This document shows, piece after piece, positions 11,078-21,058 of a stretch of DNA of 64,000 bases (position 1 is the first letter of the stretch; each line of letters begins with the position of its first letter). The stretch lies in contig CAVRCL010000005.1 of NCBI GenBank assembly GCA_963719555.1, forward strand, positions 201,606-265,605, written 5' to 3'. Made by a program: the position numbers and the translations under genes. Source of the stretch: Thermoanaerobaculia bacterium. Lineage in GTDB: Bacteria > Acidobacteriota > Thermoanaerobaculia > Multivoradales > JAGPDF01. The notes under the pieces were generated by a model. It did no database searches and had not been told where the DNA came from. It saw only the letters and a list, made by a program, of their open reading frames with translations.

Positions 11078-12360
11078 ATGCATCAACTTCGACAAGTCGG
11101 CAGTTGGTGGGGACATGCGTCATCGGCGTTCGGCTTGTTCGGCCTGCTACTCCTACCGCAAGGCCGGCTTCGCCGGCACCGGCCGGTTGGTCTCCCGTGG
11201 GTGAACCGGGCGCCGCGGATCGACGGCCAGATCGCGGCCGGAGAATGGAACGCGGCGAAGCTCGTCGACCTGGGCGCCGGGGTCACACTCCTGATCGAGA
11301 ACGACGCCCGCACGCTCTACCTCGCCTTCCTCGACTCCGGCGATCCGAACTCGGATCCGGCGACTCAGTTCGTGCTGCTCTTCGACGACGAGGGGGGCAC
11401 TGCGCGCCGTCCTCGACGACAACCTCTCGAACGGCGCCCTCTGCCAGGCGACGCCGGATCTCGGCGAGGGCATCCTCGAATTCACCTGCGGACCAGAAGG
11501 TCACTTTACCAGCGAAGTACGCTCAGGCGGCTATGCCTGCCGCGACCGCTCAATGACCGGCGCGACAGCTTTCGTTCCGCCGCGCGGCCGGAGGGGGTGA
11601 CCTACGAGGCGGCGATGCCGCTCGATGGCCCGACGCCGCTGCAGGCGGGGCCGGGAGAGCGCTTTGGCGTCGCGTTTCGGGTCTATCGCGACGGGGGCGC
11701 TCGGTCGCCTGCCTACCGGATTGCGCGGCCTGAGCGGCCCGGCCGGACTACCGCAACCTCGTCCTCGCCTCGGGCGGCTGCAACACCGGCCCGCAGGACT
11801 TCGGCTCCGGCGACCCGCTCGTCGGATTGCCGCTCGACTGGACGAGCGAGAACACCGCCGGCGGCGGCCCGGGTTGGGTCCAGGCGCCACCCGCGCAGTT
11901 CGGCGATCCGGTCTTCTGTCAGGCCAACGATACCGGCGGTAGCGGCGGCGCGGCCTGCGTCTCCAACTACTTCTGCACGGCGCCGCGCACCGACTCGCTG
12001 CTGCGTATGCCGCTCGCCCTCGAGGGCGACCACCGCCGCCACCGTCTGCGGGCGCGCGCCGTCCTGCAGGTCGGGGGGCCGGCCGAGTACCTCGACTTCG
12101 GCATTCGCCGCCTCGACACGAGCGGCAACTCGCTGCTCTTCTGGCTCGACGAGAACCGCAACGAGACGGTCGAGCTGTGGATTCCGGTCGCCGGCAGCCC
12201 GCCGGTCGAATTCTGGTTCACCCACTCGACCTTCTCGGACGGCGGCGTCGAAGGCGGCTACGCCCAGATCGACGACGCCGAGCTCCCCTGCGGCCCGCGG
12301 ATCTTCGCCGACGGCTTCGAGTCGGGCCTGACAACCCACTGGAGCGCGGACGTGCCTTGA
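11078..12360 (+). CDS. secreted protein (DOMON/CBM9-like N-terminal region) with the same C-terminal tail (IFADGFESGLTTHWSADVP); frameshifted
   Basis: MHQLRQVGSWWGHASSAFGLFGLLLLP then PRIDGQIAAGEWNAAKLVDLGAGVTLLIENDARTLYLAF. Frames 11033.., 11531.. and 11827..12360 join to end ...PCGPRIFADGFESGLTTHWSADVP*. Confidence 0.55.
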
Positions 12361-12389
12361 GCGTTCAGCCGGGCGCGACTCGTTCCGCT

Positions 12390-12790
12390 CTACGGCTCGA
12401 CCTCGAATCCGAGCTGCGCCGCGACCTCGCGCTGCTTGGCGTCGAGGGAGAGGAAGGTGATCTCGGCGTCGGGACTGAGCAGAGCGCGCAGGCCGAGGTG
12501 CCAAGCGTCCGCGCCCCGCAGCTGCCCGGAGGCGAAAACGCGTCTCGATCTCCGGGCCCAGCGCGCGATCCGGGAGGATCCAGCGCAGGTGGTGAAAGAG
12601 CTCTTCGCGCTCGACCTCGAGACCCTCGCGCTGAACACAGCCGATGGAGCTCGGCTTCGAGGAGGTTGGAAGACCAGATCGAGTCGAAGCGGTCGAGCTC
12701 TGAGAGCTCGCGAACCCGGCTCGGCGAGCAGGATTGCCACGAGGCACGAGGTGTCGACGTAGGCGATGCTCAATCGCGATCGTCGAGGAA
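12390..12790 (-). CDS. vapC: VapC-type PIN-domain toxin; internally frameshifted
   Basis: IAYVDTSCLVAILLAEPGSRALRARP at the N-terminus and SPDAEITFLSLDAKQREVAAQLGFEVEP at the C-terminus. The middle is garbled; part of it is visible in another minus frame (EGLEVEREELFHHL). Confidence 0.5.
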
Positions 12791-13049
12791 TCGCTGCAGG
12801 GCGCCAGGTCGATGAGCGATCGGCTTCCAGGTGCCTCTCGCTGGCGCGACTGCAGCCGGGCGCAAGACTGGCCTTCCGCTTGAGGCGGTCGAGCCGCTCC
12901 TCGAACGTTTCCACCGATTTCTCGATCGGCCGGATCTCGGCCACCGGCTCGCCGTGAAAGGTGATCACCACCCGCCCCCCCTGCCGCACCTTGCGCAGCA
13001 GTTCGCTGAACTTCGTCTTCGCTTCATATGTTGAATAGACGGATTCCAT
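12791..13049 (-). CDS. Phd/YefM-family antitoxin
   Basis: MESVYSTYEAKTKFSELLRKVRQGGRVVITFHGEPVAEIRPIEK is a typical Phd/YefM N-terminal fold. The supplied ORF reads through into vapC without a stop, probably because an indel removed it. Confidence 0.7.
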
Positions 13050-13244
13050 GGCCGATACCTCGCGCCTCGCTCGCCAATCTATTCTGGTCAGACTAGACTG
13101 GTCAAGAACAGACCAAGCGGTCGCCAGGCCTGCGGCCTCCTGGGATCAGGGCGTCCCCGGGTCCGTTCGTGGGCGACGTTGCGGGGGAATATCCGACCGC
13201 TTCTGCTATGTTCCTTCCCCTGCAGGACGGTTCTTTCATAATTT

Positions 13245-13596
13245 GGGGGCGCACCGGGTTCGACGGGGAACAGTGCGGTTCGAGGGTTGCGCATCGGGTT
13301 TGCACCCGTAAAACGGCAAGTTATACCTGCCAACGACAACTACGCTCTCGCGGCTTAATTGACCGTGACGTTCCAGCCATGGGCCATTGTCCACGGCACG
13401 GGCTGGGGCGACGCTAAAGTGGACTGAACGCTGAGGTTGGTTCCGCTCCTCAGCGGGATCGTCAAATCGGAACTGGCGCTTGCGTAGGCGGCCTTCTGCA
13501 TTGCGCAAGGGCGATGACCATAAGTGAAGGCTATGTGCGTAGATACTTTCGGGACGCGTTTCTCGGACGTGGGTTCAATTCCCACCGCCTCCACCA
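13245..13596 (+). ncRNA. ssrA: tmRNA (SsrA), one-piece; tag peptide ANDNYALAA
   Basis: 5' GGGGGCGCACCGGGTTCGACGGG, tag ORF GCCAACGACAACTACGCTCTCGCGGCTTAA (13329-13358), tRNA-like 3' end GGACGTGGGTTCAATTCCCACCGCCTCCACCA. A CATAAT -10 box lies 7 bp upstream of +1. Confidence 0.9.
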
Positions 13597-13719
13597 TCTT
13601 TCTTCTCTGAAATCGGACGCTATCGAGTCTCTCCAGTACCTGACCAGGTCCACGATTGCTATCGTGGCCCATCTGCATCGGGCCATTGCTCTTGTCGTGT
13701 CTTTCCGAGGAGGCCTGTT

Positions 13720-15489
13720 CGTGAACGCGATCGCTGTCCATTCCCCGTGCCGTCGCGGCGCCAGCGGGCTTCGCGGGGCCGCCTCGCGGCCGCGCTGGGC
13801 GTCGCTGGCGCTCGTCGCCCTCCTCGCCGGCTGCGCCGGCTCCCCGCAGCCGGCCCAGGTCCCGCCGCTGGCCTCACCGGCTGCCTCCCCGGCCGCGACC
13901 GGCTTCACCATCCTCCAGATCAACGACACCTACAAGATCGAGGGGCTGCGCGCCGGCGCCGAAGGCGGGCTCGCCCGCGTCCGCACCCTGCGCAAGGAGC
14001 TCGAGAGCGAAGGCCGGCCGGTGCTGGTGCTGCATGCCGGCGACTTCCTCTTCCCCTCGGTGATGAGCAAGTACCTCCAGGGCGTGCCGATGGTCGATGC
14101 GCTCAACCTCCTCGACGGCAACGCGGGGTTCGACGAGCGCCTCTTCGTCACCCCCGGCAACCACGAGTTCGACAATCCGGAGCTCGCGCTGCTCTCCGAC
14201 CGCATCGCGCAGTCGAAGTTCACCTGGATCACGTCGAACGTGGCGGCTCGCGCGACGGAGCGACCCGGCCGACGCCGGCTTGCGCCCGCTCGCCGACCGC
14301 TTTCGCCAACGTCAAGGATCATGTCGTCCTGGAGCTGGGCGGCATCCGCGTCGGCATCTTCGGCCTGACGCTCTGACCGACCAGAGCCGCCCCTGGGTGG
14401 AGTACGGCTACGACCTCGCGACGCGCCGGGCGACGATCGCGCGCGTCCTCGACGACCTCGAGCGCGAGGGGGCGGAGTTCGTCGTCGGCCTCACCCATCA
14501 GGAGATCGGCGACGACGAGTGGCTGGCGCGGGAGTTCCGGCGGCCGCATCGACTGGATCGTCGGCGGCCACGAGCACGTCGCCCGTTGACGCGCAAGGTC
14601 GGCGCGACGACGATCACCAAGGCCGACGCCGACGCCAAGAGCGCCTATCGCATCGACGTCCGGCCGGCCGCGAACGCCGGCGGCGAGCCGGCCGTTCGCC
14701 GCCAGCGGCGCCCTCGTCGAGCTCGGCGAGGCGGTCGAGGTCGATCCCGACATGGTCCGCGCAGGTCGGCGACCTCGCTCGTGACGCCTGGCGCGCGCGG
14801 TCGAGGAGAAGACCGGCCGCAAGCTCCTCGACGTCGTGGCGACCACCGAGCACCTGCTCGAAGGGACCGAGCCGACGATCCGTGGCCGCGAGACGGCGCT
14901 GGGCGACCTGCTCTGCGACATCCTGCGCGAGCGCCTCGGTACCGATCTCGCGTTCGTCAACGGCGGCGCGATTCGCGTCAACGACGACGTGCCGGCGGGG
15001 GGAGATCTCCGCGTCTACGAGCTCGAGGGGATCTTCTACTACGACGACAAGCCGGTCATCTTCGAGCTCACCGGGCGCGAGATTCTGGGACTGCTGGAGA
15101 AGTCGGTCTCCCAGGCCACCCTTGGACACGGCCGCTTCCTGCAGGTCGCGGGCCTGCGCTTCCGCTACCAGGTCGCGCGCCGACGGCAACACCCGGGTCG
15201 ACGCCGCCGAGGTCTCGGTGCGCCCGGCCGGCGAGACGCAGTTCGCGCCGCTCGACCTCGACCGCCGCTACCGCGCCGCGACGCTCGACTACACCTGGCG
15301 CAACGGCTATCGCGACGGCTATCCGCTGTTCTCGGCCGGGCGACGGCGGCACGAGCCCGAACGCTCGTCGCGGAGCCCGAGATCTCCTGGCGCCAGCTCA
15401 CCGAGGAGGCGCTCGCGGCGCTCCCCGGACGGCGGATCACCACCGACCTCGACGGCCGCATCGTCGCGCATCGAAGCCCCGCGAAGTGA
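13720..15489 (+). CDS. bifunctional metallophosphatase / 5'-nucleotidase family lipoprotein; frameshifted
   Basis: GAGGAGG RBS then GTG at 13720. Lipoprotein signal ...[10 protein letters not shown]-terminal [30 protein letters not shown] (calcineurin-like). C-terminal 5'-nucleotidase domain in frame 14836..15489. Confidence 0.75.
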
Positions 15490-16567
15490 GCTCCCGGCTC
15501 AGTTGAACAGCTCGGGCGATCGCGGCGCCGAACGGCGGCTCGAGCACGCCCTCCTCGGTCACGATCGCGGTGATGAGCTCGGCCGGCGTGACGTCGAAGG
15601 CGAGGTTGAAGCCCGACGTTCCGACCGGCGCGATGCGCTGGCCGGCGAGCTCGGTGACCTCGAGGCCGGCGCGCTCCTCGATCGGAATCTCGGCCCCGGA
15701 GGCGATGCGCGGATCGAAGGTCGAGAGCGGCGCCGCGACGTAGAACGGCACTTTGTGGCGGTGGGCGAGGACGGCGACGGTGTAGGTGCCGATCTTGTTC
15801 GCCGCGTCGCCGTTCGCGGCGATCCGGTCAGCGCCGACGATCACCCGCTCGACCAGGCCGCGGCTCATCAGCGCGCCGACCATCGAGTCGGTGACCAGGC
15901 GATGGGAATGCCGAGCTGCAGCAGCTCCCACGCCGTCAGGCGCGCCCCCTGCAGCAGCGGACGCGTCTCGTCGACCCAGACCGCGGCCACCCTGCCGGCG
16001 CGGTGCGCCGCGGCGATGACGCCGACCGCGGTGCCGATGCCGCCGGTCGCCAGCGCCCCGGCGTTGCAGTGCGTCAGCACGCGGTCGCCGGCGGCGAAGA
16101 GCGCCGCGCCGTGCTCCGCCATCCGCCGGTTGCGGTCGACGTCGTCGGCGTGCAGGGCGCGCGCCCAGTCGAGAAGCTTCGCGGCCATCTCGACCAGCGG
16201 GCGCTCGCCGCCGGCGCGCAGGAGCTCGAACGCCTCCTCCCCCTGCTCGAGCGCCCAGCGCAGGTTCACCGCCGTCGGCCGGCTGTCGCCCAGGATCCGC
16301 TGCGCGTTGGCGAAACGTCGCGCCGGATCGGGCTCCGGGTCGTCGGGATCGAGGAGGGCCACCACCAGGCCGTAGGCCGCCGCGATGCCGATCGCCGGCG
16401 CGCCGCGCACGGCGAGCCGCCGGATGGCGTCGGCGATCGCCTCTCGACACTGGCGCACGAGATCCACTCCTCCTCCTGCGGCAGGAGGGTCTGGTCGAGA
16501 AGCTCGAGCGCGCCGGCGGAGAAGCGCACCGGCGAGAAGTCCCCGAAGGGCGGGAGGGCGTCCGTCA
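15437..16567 (-). CDS. mtnA: S-methyl-5-thioribose-1-phosphate isomerase (eIF-2B alpha/beta/delta family); frameshifted
   Basis: [36 protein letters not shown] at the N-terminus, [25 protein letters not shown] in the middle, and [33 protein letters not shown]...[23 protein letters not shown] at the C-terminus, spread across three minus frames. Confidence 0.75.
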
Positions 16568-16633
16568 TGCAGGCAATCTTAGACGGGTTGATAGGATCGC
16601 CGCCGCAGCGCCCACCAGAAAGGGGCTTCACCC

Positions 16634-17798
16634 GTGAAAGGCGATCCGAAGACGCGCGGCTTTTCGACCCGTGCCATCCATGCCGGGCAGCATCCGGATC
16701 CGGCGACCGGCGCGGTCACCGTGCCGATCTACGCCACCTCGACCTACCTCCACGACGAGCTCGGCAAGCACAAGGGGTTCGAGTACGCGCGGGTGCAGAA
16801 TCCGACCCGCTTCGCGCTCGAGGAGAACGTCGCGGCGCTCGAGGGCGGGCTCTCCGGACACGCCTTCGCCTCGGGGATGTCGGCGATCGCCACCCTGATG
16901 ACTCTGGTGAAGAGCGGCGAGCACGTCGTCTTCTCGCGCAACGTCTACGGCGGCACCTACCGCTTCATGACCCAGGTGCTGTCGCGCTACGGCGTGCGAG
17001 TCGAGCTGGGTCGACTCGACGAATCTGGCGGAGATTCGCGCCGCGATCCGGCCCTCGACCCGGATGATCTACGTCGAGACGCCGACCAACCCGATGATGG
17101 AGGTCACCGACATCGCCGGCGCGGCCGCGATCGCCCGCGAGCACGACCTCGTCTTCGCGGTCGACAACACCTTCATGTCGCCCTACTTCCAGCGCCCGCT
17201 CGAGTTGGGCGCCGACGTCGTCATCCACTCGACGACCAAGTTCCTGAACGGCCACAGCGACTCGATCGGCGGCACACTGGTCGCGAAGAGCCCCGAGCAC
17301 GGGGAGTGGTTCAACTTCATCTCAGAAGTCGGAGGGGGCGATCCTCTAGCCCGTTCGACTCATTCCTGGTGCTGCGCGGCATCAAGACGCTGGCGGTGCG
17401 CATGGCGCGCCACGAAACCAACGGACGGGCCCTCGCGGCCTACCTCGACGGCCATCCGAAGGTGCAGCACGTCTTCTATCCCGGCCTCGCCGAGTCACCC
17501 CGGCCACGCTCTGCAGCAGCGCCAGTCGACCGGCTTCGGCGCCCTCATCACTTTCGAGCTCGGGAGCTACGCCGCGGCGAAGAGGTTCCTCGACAAGGTC
17601 GAGGTGATGTCGCTCGCCGAGAGCCTCGGCGGCGTCGAGACCCTGACCTCGCACCCGGCCTCGATGACCCACGCCTCGGTCCCGGCAGACAAGCGCGCCG
17701 AGTTGGGCATCACCGACGGTCTGGTGCGCATCTCCGCCGGCATCGAAGACCTCGCCGACCTCCTCGCCGACACCGAACAGGCGCTGGCGGCGATTTGA
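16634..17798 (+). CDS. PLP-dependent trans-sulfuration enzyme (cystathionine gamma-synthase / beta-lyase family); one frameshift
   Basis: STRAIHAGQHPDPATGAVTVPIYATSTYLH...ASGMSAI (N-terminus, frame 16634) and VDNTFMSPYFQRPLELGADVVIHSTTKFLNGHSD...SLGGVETLTSHPASMTHASVP (frame 17064..17798). Confidence 0.8.
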
Positions 17799-17868
17799 CG
17801 GAGTGAGGGGTTGAGGGGTTGAGTCGGGTCGAGGCTGGCGGGGCAGCGCCGCCCGCAGATCCGACGCC

Positions 17869-18276
17869 TCAGTAGTTCGATTCGTCGAGCAGCTCGCGCT
17901 CCTCTTCGTCCGAGAACGGGGCGCTCTTGTCGAGCGAGGCGCCGATCCAGCCGAGGAACTTCTCTTCGCTCTTGCAGACCTTGAAGGCGAGGATCTCGGG
18001 GAGCTCGTAGCTGTGGAGCTCCTGGATCGCGGCCTGGACGGCGGCGTACTCGCTCTCCAGCGTCTTCACGATGAGCAGGAACTCGGCGTCGCGGCAGATC
18101 TTGCCCTGCCAGCGGTAGACCGAGCGCACACCGGTGACGATGTTGACGCACGACGCATGGCGCCGTGCGACCAGCTCCGAAGCGATCAGATTGGCTTGTT
18201 CTTCGGTGCCTACGGTAGTGACGACGACGAATGCTCCCACGGGGCGAAAGCTACGCCCCTTCCACCGGCAAGTCAT
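17869..18276 (-). CDS. cutA: divalent-cation tolerance protein CutA
   Basis: FVVVTTVGTEEQANLIASELVARRHASCVNI...YRWQGKI...EFLLIVKT...HSYELPEILAF. The start may instead be the GTG at 18240. Confidence 0.8.
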   Translation of the reverse strand: MTCRWKGRSFRPVGAFVVVTTVGTEEQANLIASELVARRHASCVNIVTGVRSVYRWQGKICRDAEFLLIVKTLESEYAAVQAAIQELHSYELPEILAFKVCKSEEKFLGWIGASLDKSAPFSDEEERELLDESNY

Positions 18277-18326
18277 GCCGCGACGCGGCAACCGGGTGTC
18301 GGTGCGCCGCTGTCTCGCGCCCGCGT

Positions 18327-18942
18327 TCAGTGCCAGCGCTCGTGCGCGACGTCGTAGACGAGGCAGTCGATCCTGCCGGTGCGCCCGGTGACGCGCGCCG
18401 CCGCGAGGTGGCGCATGCCGTCCGTGACGTAGACCGTGCCCGGCGTGGCCGTTCCGAGCGCACTGAAAGACGCGATGTCGGAGCGGTTGAAGCGGATCGG
18501 ATCGTCGAGACCGGTAGAGCCGGCGGCGCGGGATCTCCAGGGTCGCGCGGCGCCCGCCCGGGTGGAAAGCCGAAGCGGATCTGGCGGCCGAGGTGGGCGA
18601 GCCGCGTGCGCGGGAGTGACCTGCGGATCGTCGCCGGAGAGGATGTCGGCGGAGAGCACGCCGTCGCCATCACCGTCGCGATAGAGCGCCCAGGTCACCG
18701 TCCCGTCGGCGTCGACCCGGAACTTCAGCCCGACGTTGGCGTCGTGACGAATGGCGTAGGCGCGCGCAACGTGAAAGGTGGAGGCGACTTCGGCTGCGGC
18801 GAGCTCCACCCGGAGCCCGGCGGCGAGCGAGAGCAGCGGGGGGATGCCCCAGGGCGAGCACCAGGGAAGAGATCGCCATCGCGATCAGGAGCTCGATCAG
18901 TTGGTAGCCCCGCTCGGCCGTCCGCATCGAAGTCGCCTCCAC
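18327..18942 (-). CDS. prepilin-type N-terminal cleavage/methylation domain protein (GspH-like pseudopilin); frameshifted
   Basis: ERGYQLIELLIAMAISSLVLALG pilin-like N-terminus (frame 18670..18942) joins ELAAAEVASTFHVARAYAIRHDANVGLKFRVDADGTVTWALYRD (frame 18327..18809). Confidence 0.6.
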
Positions 18943-18954
18943 CCGTCCCCGGGA

Positions 18955-19336
18955 TCAGCTCTTCGCCGCCTGCTTGCCGGCTGTGGCGTCCGGCTGCTGG
19001 GTGCCCTTCGGAGCGCGCGGCAGCTTGACCTTCTCGGTGAGCGTCGTCGGTCCGGCGAGCGCCACGTAGGGCTTCAGCTGCTCGTAGGTCGACTCGCCGA
19101 TGCCGCGCACCAGCATCAGGTCGTCGAGCGTCTTGAACGGTCCGTTCTTCTCGCGCTGCTCGACGATGCGCGCCGCGACCGACGGGCCGATGCGCGGCAG
19201 AAGCTGGAACTCGGCGACGGTCGCCGTGTTGACGTTGACCGTCTTGCCCTCGGCGGCGAGCGCCGGCACGGCGGCGAGCAGGAGACAGAGGACGGCGGCG
19301 GCGGCGATCGATTCGCTGGTGAAGTCGCATGTACGG
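18955..19336 (-). CDS. comEA: ComEA-type helix-hairpin-helix DNA-binding protein
   Basis: KTVNVNTATVAEFQLLPRIGPSVAARIVEQREKNGPFKTLDDLMLVRGIGESTYEQLK. A signal-like AAAAVLCLLLAAVPALA segment sits upstream in an adjacent frame; ATG at ~19333 after a 1-nt frameshift. Confidence 0.75.
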
Positions 19337-19427
19337 TTTCCTTTCCTGAGACGTCGATGAGGCGTTCATGGAGTGCAGCCTGGAGACTCCTGCGGGTGCT
19401 GCGTTGACGACGTCGTGTTGCTGGATC

Positions 19428-19483
19428 GCCGTGCTTCTGCGATTGCATTGCTGTCTGCGACTGCGGTGCTATCTGCGACTGCG
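19428..19483. repeat. three imperfect tandem copies of a 17-18-bp unit (TGCTTCTGCGATTGCAT / TGCTGTCTGCGACTGCGG / TGCTATCTGCGACTGCGT)
   Basis: Read directly in the ~460-bp, lower-GC intergenic region between comEA and lepB. Confidence 0.5.
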
Positions 19484-19804
19484 TTCATGGATGGCAGAGC
19501 TGCTCGCGGGTGGGCTGTCTTTCTGGCGCCTCCTCTCTCCGGTTGGTGTTGTGTTGCGCCAGCCTCCGGTTACAAGCCCGCTGCCAGTTCGTGTGAATTT
19601 CGGTAAAACACCAGAAATACAGTGGTTACAGCGATGCGGGCGACGGGCTGTCTGGCGTGCCGTCGGCAAGCGGACAGGCGGTTTCCGGGCGCCAGGACGG
19701 TTCGAGTGCGGCCGGCGCAGCGCGGCGCCAGGCGCGACCGGCGCGGTCAAGGGAACTGGACGGCGGCGCAATCCCTTGCGGCGATCGGATAGGCTTCAGG
19801 GCCG

Positions 19805-20509
19805 ATGTCGACTGCCGACCGCTCCACGTTCCGCGAGTATCTCGAGGCCCTGCTCATCGCGGCGGTCTTCCTGCTGTTCACCAACACCTTCGTGGTCAAG
19901 ACCTTCTTCATCCCCAGCGGTTCGATGGAAGACACGCTGCTGGTCGGCGACCATCTCTTCGTCAACCGCTTCATCTTCGGCCCGACGATGGGCAAGCTCG
20001 AGCGGGCGGTCTTGCCGCTGCGTGCGCCGCGGCGCGGCGACATCGTCGTCTTCCGCTCGCCGGAACGGCCGAACATCGATCTCGTGAAGCGCCTGATCGG
20101 CCTGCCGGGCGACACCATCCAGGTCGTCAACAAGCAGCTCTTCGTCAACGGCAAGAAGGTCGAGGACGACGCCTACGTCGAGCACAAGGATCCGCGGACT
20201 TTCCTCAATCGCCCCTACATGTCGGAGCAGCAGCGCCTGCGCGACAACTTCGGACCGGTCACCGTGCCGGCCGAGAGCTACTTCTGCATGGGCGACAACC
20301 GCGACATGTCCTATGACTCCCGCTTCTGGGGAACCGTGCCCGAGCACTACATCAAGGGGCGCGCCTTCCTCATCTACTGGTCGTTCGGGGGCGGAACTTC
20401 GGACGGCACCTGGCGCGGCGCCGGCGCGAAACTGCGCGAGCTCGCCAACACCGCCCTCGGGTTCCTGACCAAGACCCGATGGACGCGCTCGCTCCACCTG
20501 CCGAGCTGA
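19805..20509 (+). CDS. lepB: signal peptidase I
   Basis: Intact 234 aa: N-terminal TM, SGSMEDTLLVGD (catalytic Ser), VKRLIGLPGD, YFCMGDNRDMSYDSRFWG, FLIYWS. Confidence 0.9.
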   Translation: MSTADRSTFREYLEALLIAAVFLLFTNTFVVKTFFIPSGSMEDTLLVGDHLFVNRFIFGPTMGKLERAVLPLRAPRRGDIVVFRSPERPNIDLVKRLIGLPGDTIQVVNKQLFVNGKKVEDDAYVEHKDPRTFLNRPYMSEQQRLRDNFGPVTVPAESYFCMGDNRDMSYDSRFWGTVPEHYIKGRAFLIYWSFGGGTSDGTWRGAGAKLRELANTALGFLTKTRWTRSLHLPS

Positions 20510-21025
20510 ACCGCGGCGCCGCCGCCCGACCCGGACCGCCGGCCGCCCACCCCGCGCGCGGCGCGAGCACGATCGCGCGCAGCGCGCTCGTGGCGCTGCT
20601 TCTCGCGCTCTTCGTGCGCGCCTTCCTGCTCGAAGTGGTGTCGATTCCGAGCGCCTCGATGATGCCGACCCTCGAGCCCGGCGACCAGGTGCTGGTGAAT
20701 CGCTTCCTCTACTCCGGACCGCGCTTCGGCCTCCTGCCGCGCCGGCCGGTGCGCCGGGGCGATGTGGTTCTCTTCCGCCCGCCGTTCGACCGCCGGCAGG
20801 AGTTCGTGAAGCGCTGCGTCGGATCGGCCGGAAGACTGGGAAGGCGGCGGCGTGCTCGCCCCGGGGGCGCTCTGGATGGAGGGCGACGCGCGAGAGAATT
20901 CGCTCGACTCCCGGCGTTTCGGGGCGGTGCCCGAGAGCGCCCTGGAGGGCCGGGTGCTGGCGGTGCTCTGGTCGCGTTCGCACGCTCCGGGCGCCGGCCG
21001 TCGCATTCTCCGGCAGGTACGCTAG
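20479..21025 (+). CDS. lepB: signal peptidase I, second paralog; C-terminal frameshift
   Basis: SASMMPTLEPGDQVLVNRF, VKRCVG in frame 20479. The C-terminal box GDARENSLDSRRFGAVPESALEGRVLAVLWS is in another frame ending at the TAG 21023-21025. Confidence 0.8.
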
Positions 21026-21058
21026 ACTGAAAGCAGGCTCAATTGCGGGAGGTTTGCG

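Noticed and set aside
17806-17868. Bidirectional terminator between metB-family gene and cutA
   Set aside because: A GC-rich imperfect palindrome (GCGGGGCAGCGCCGCCCGC) is present, but the stem is weak and there is no U-tract on either strand. Too uncertain to call.
19428-19483. Possible CRISPR array
   Set aside because: Only three imperfect 17-18-bp tandem units, directly adjacent with no spacers and no cas genes. Not a CRISPR.
19337-19804. RNase P RNA or 6S RNA in the long comEA-lepB spacer
   Set aside because: I looked for the conserved RNase P motifs (GGAAAGUCCGGGCUCC, GGUAAGAGCGCACC, ACAGAACCCGGCUUA) and found none. A 6S call cannot be made by eye, so it is left as unassigned non-coding sequence.
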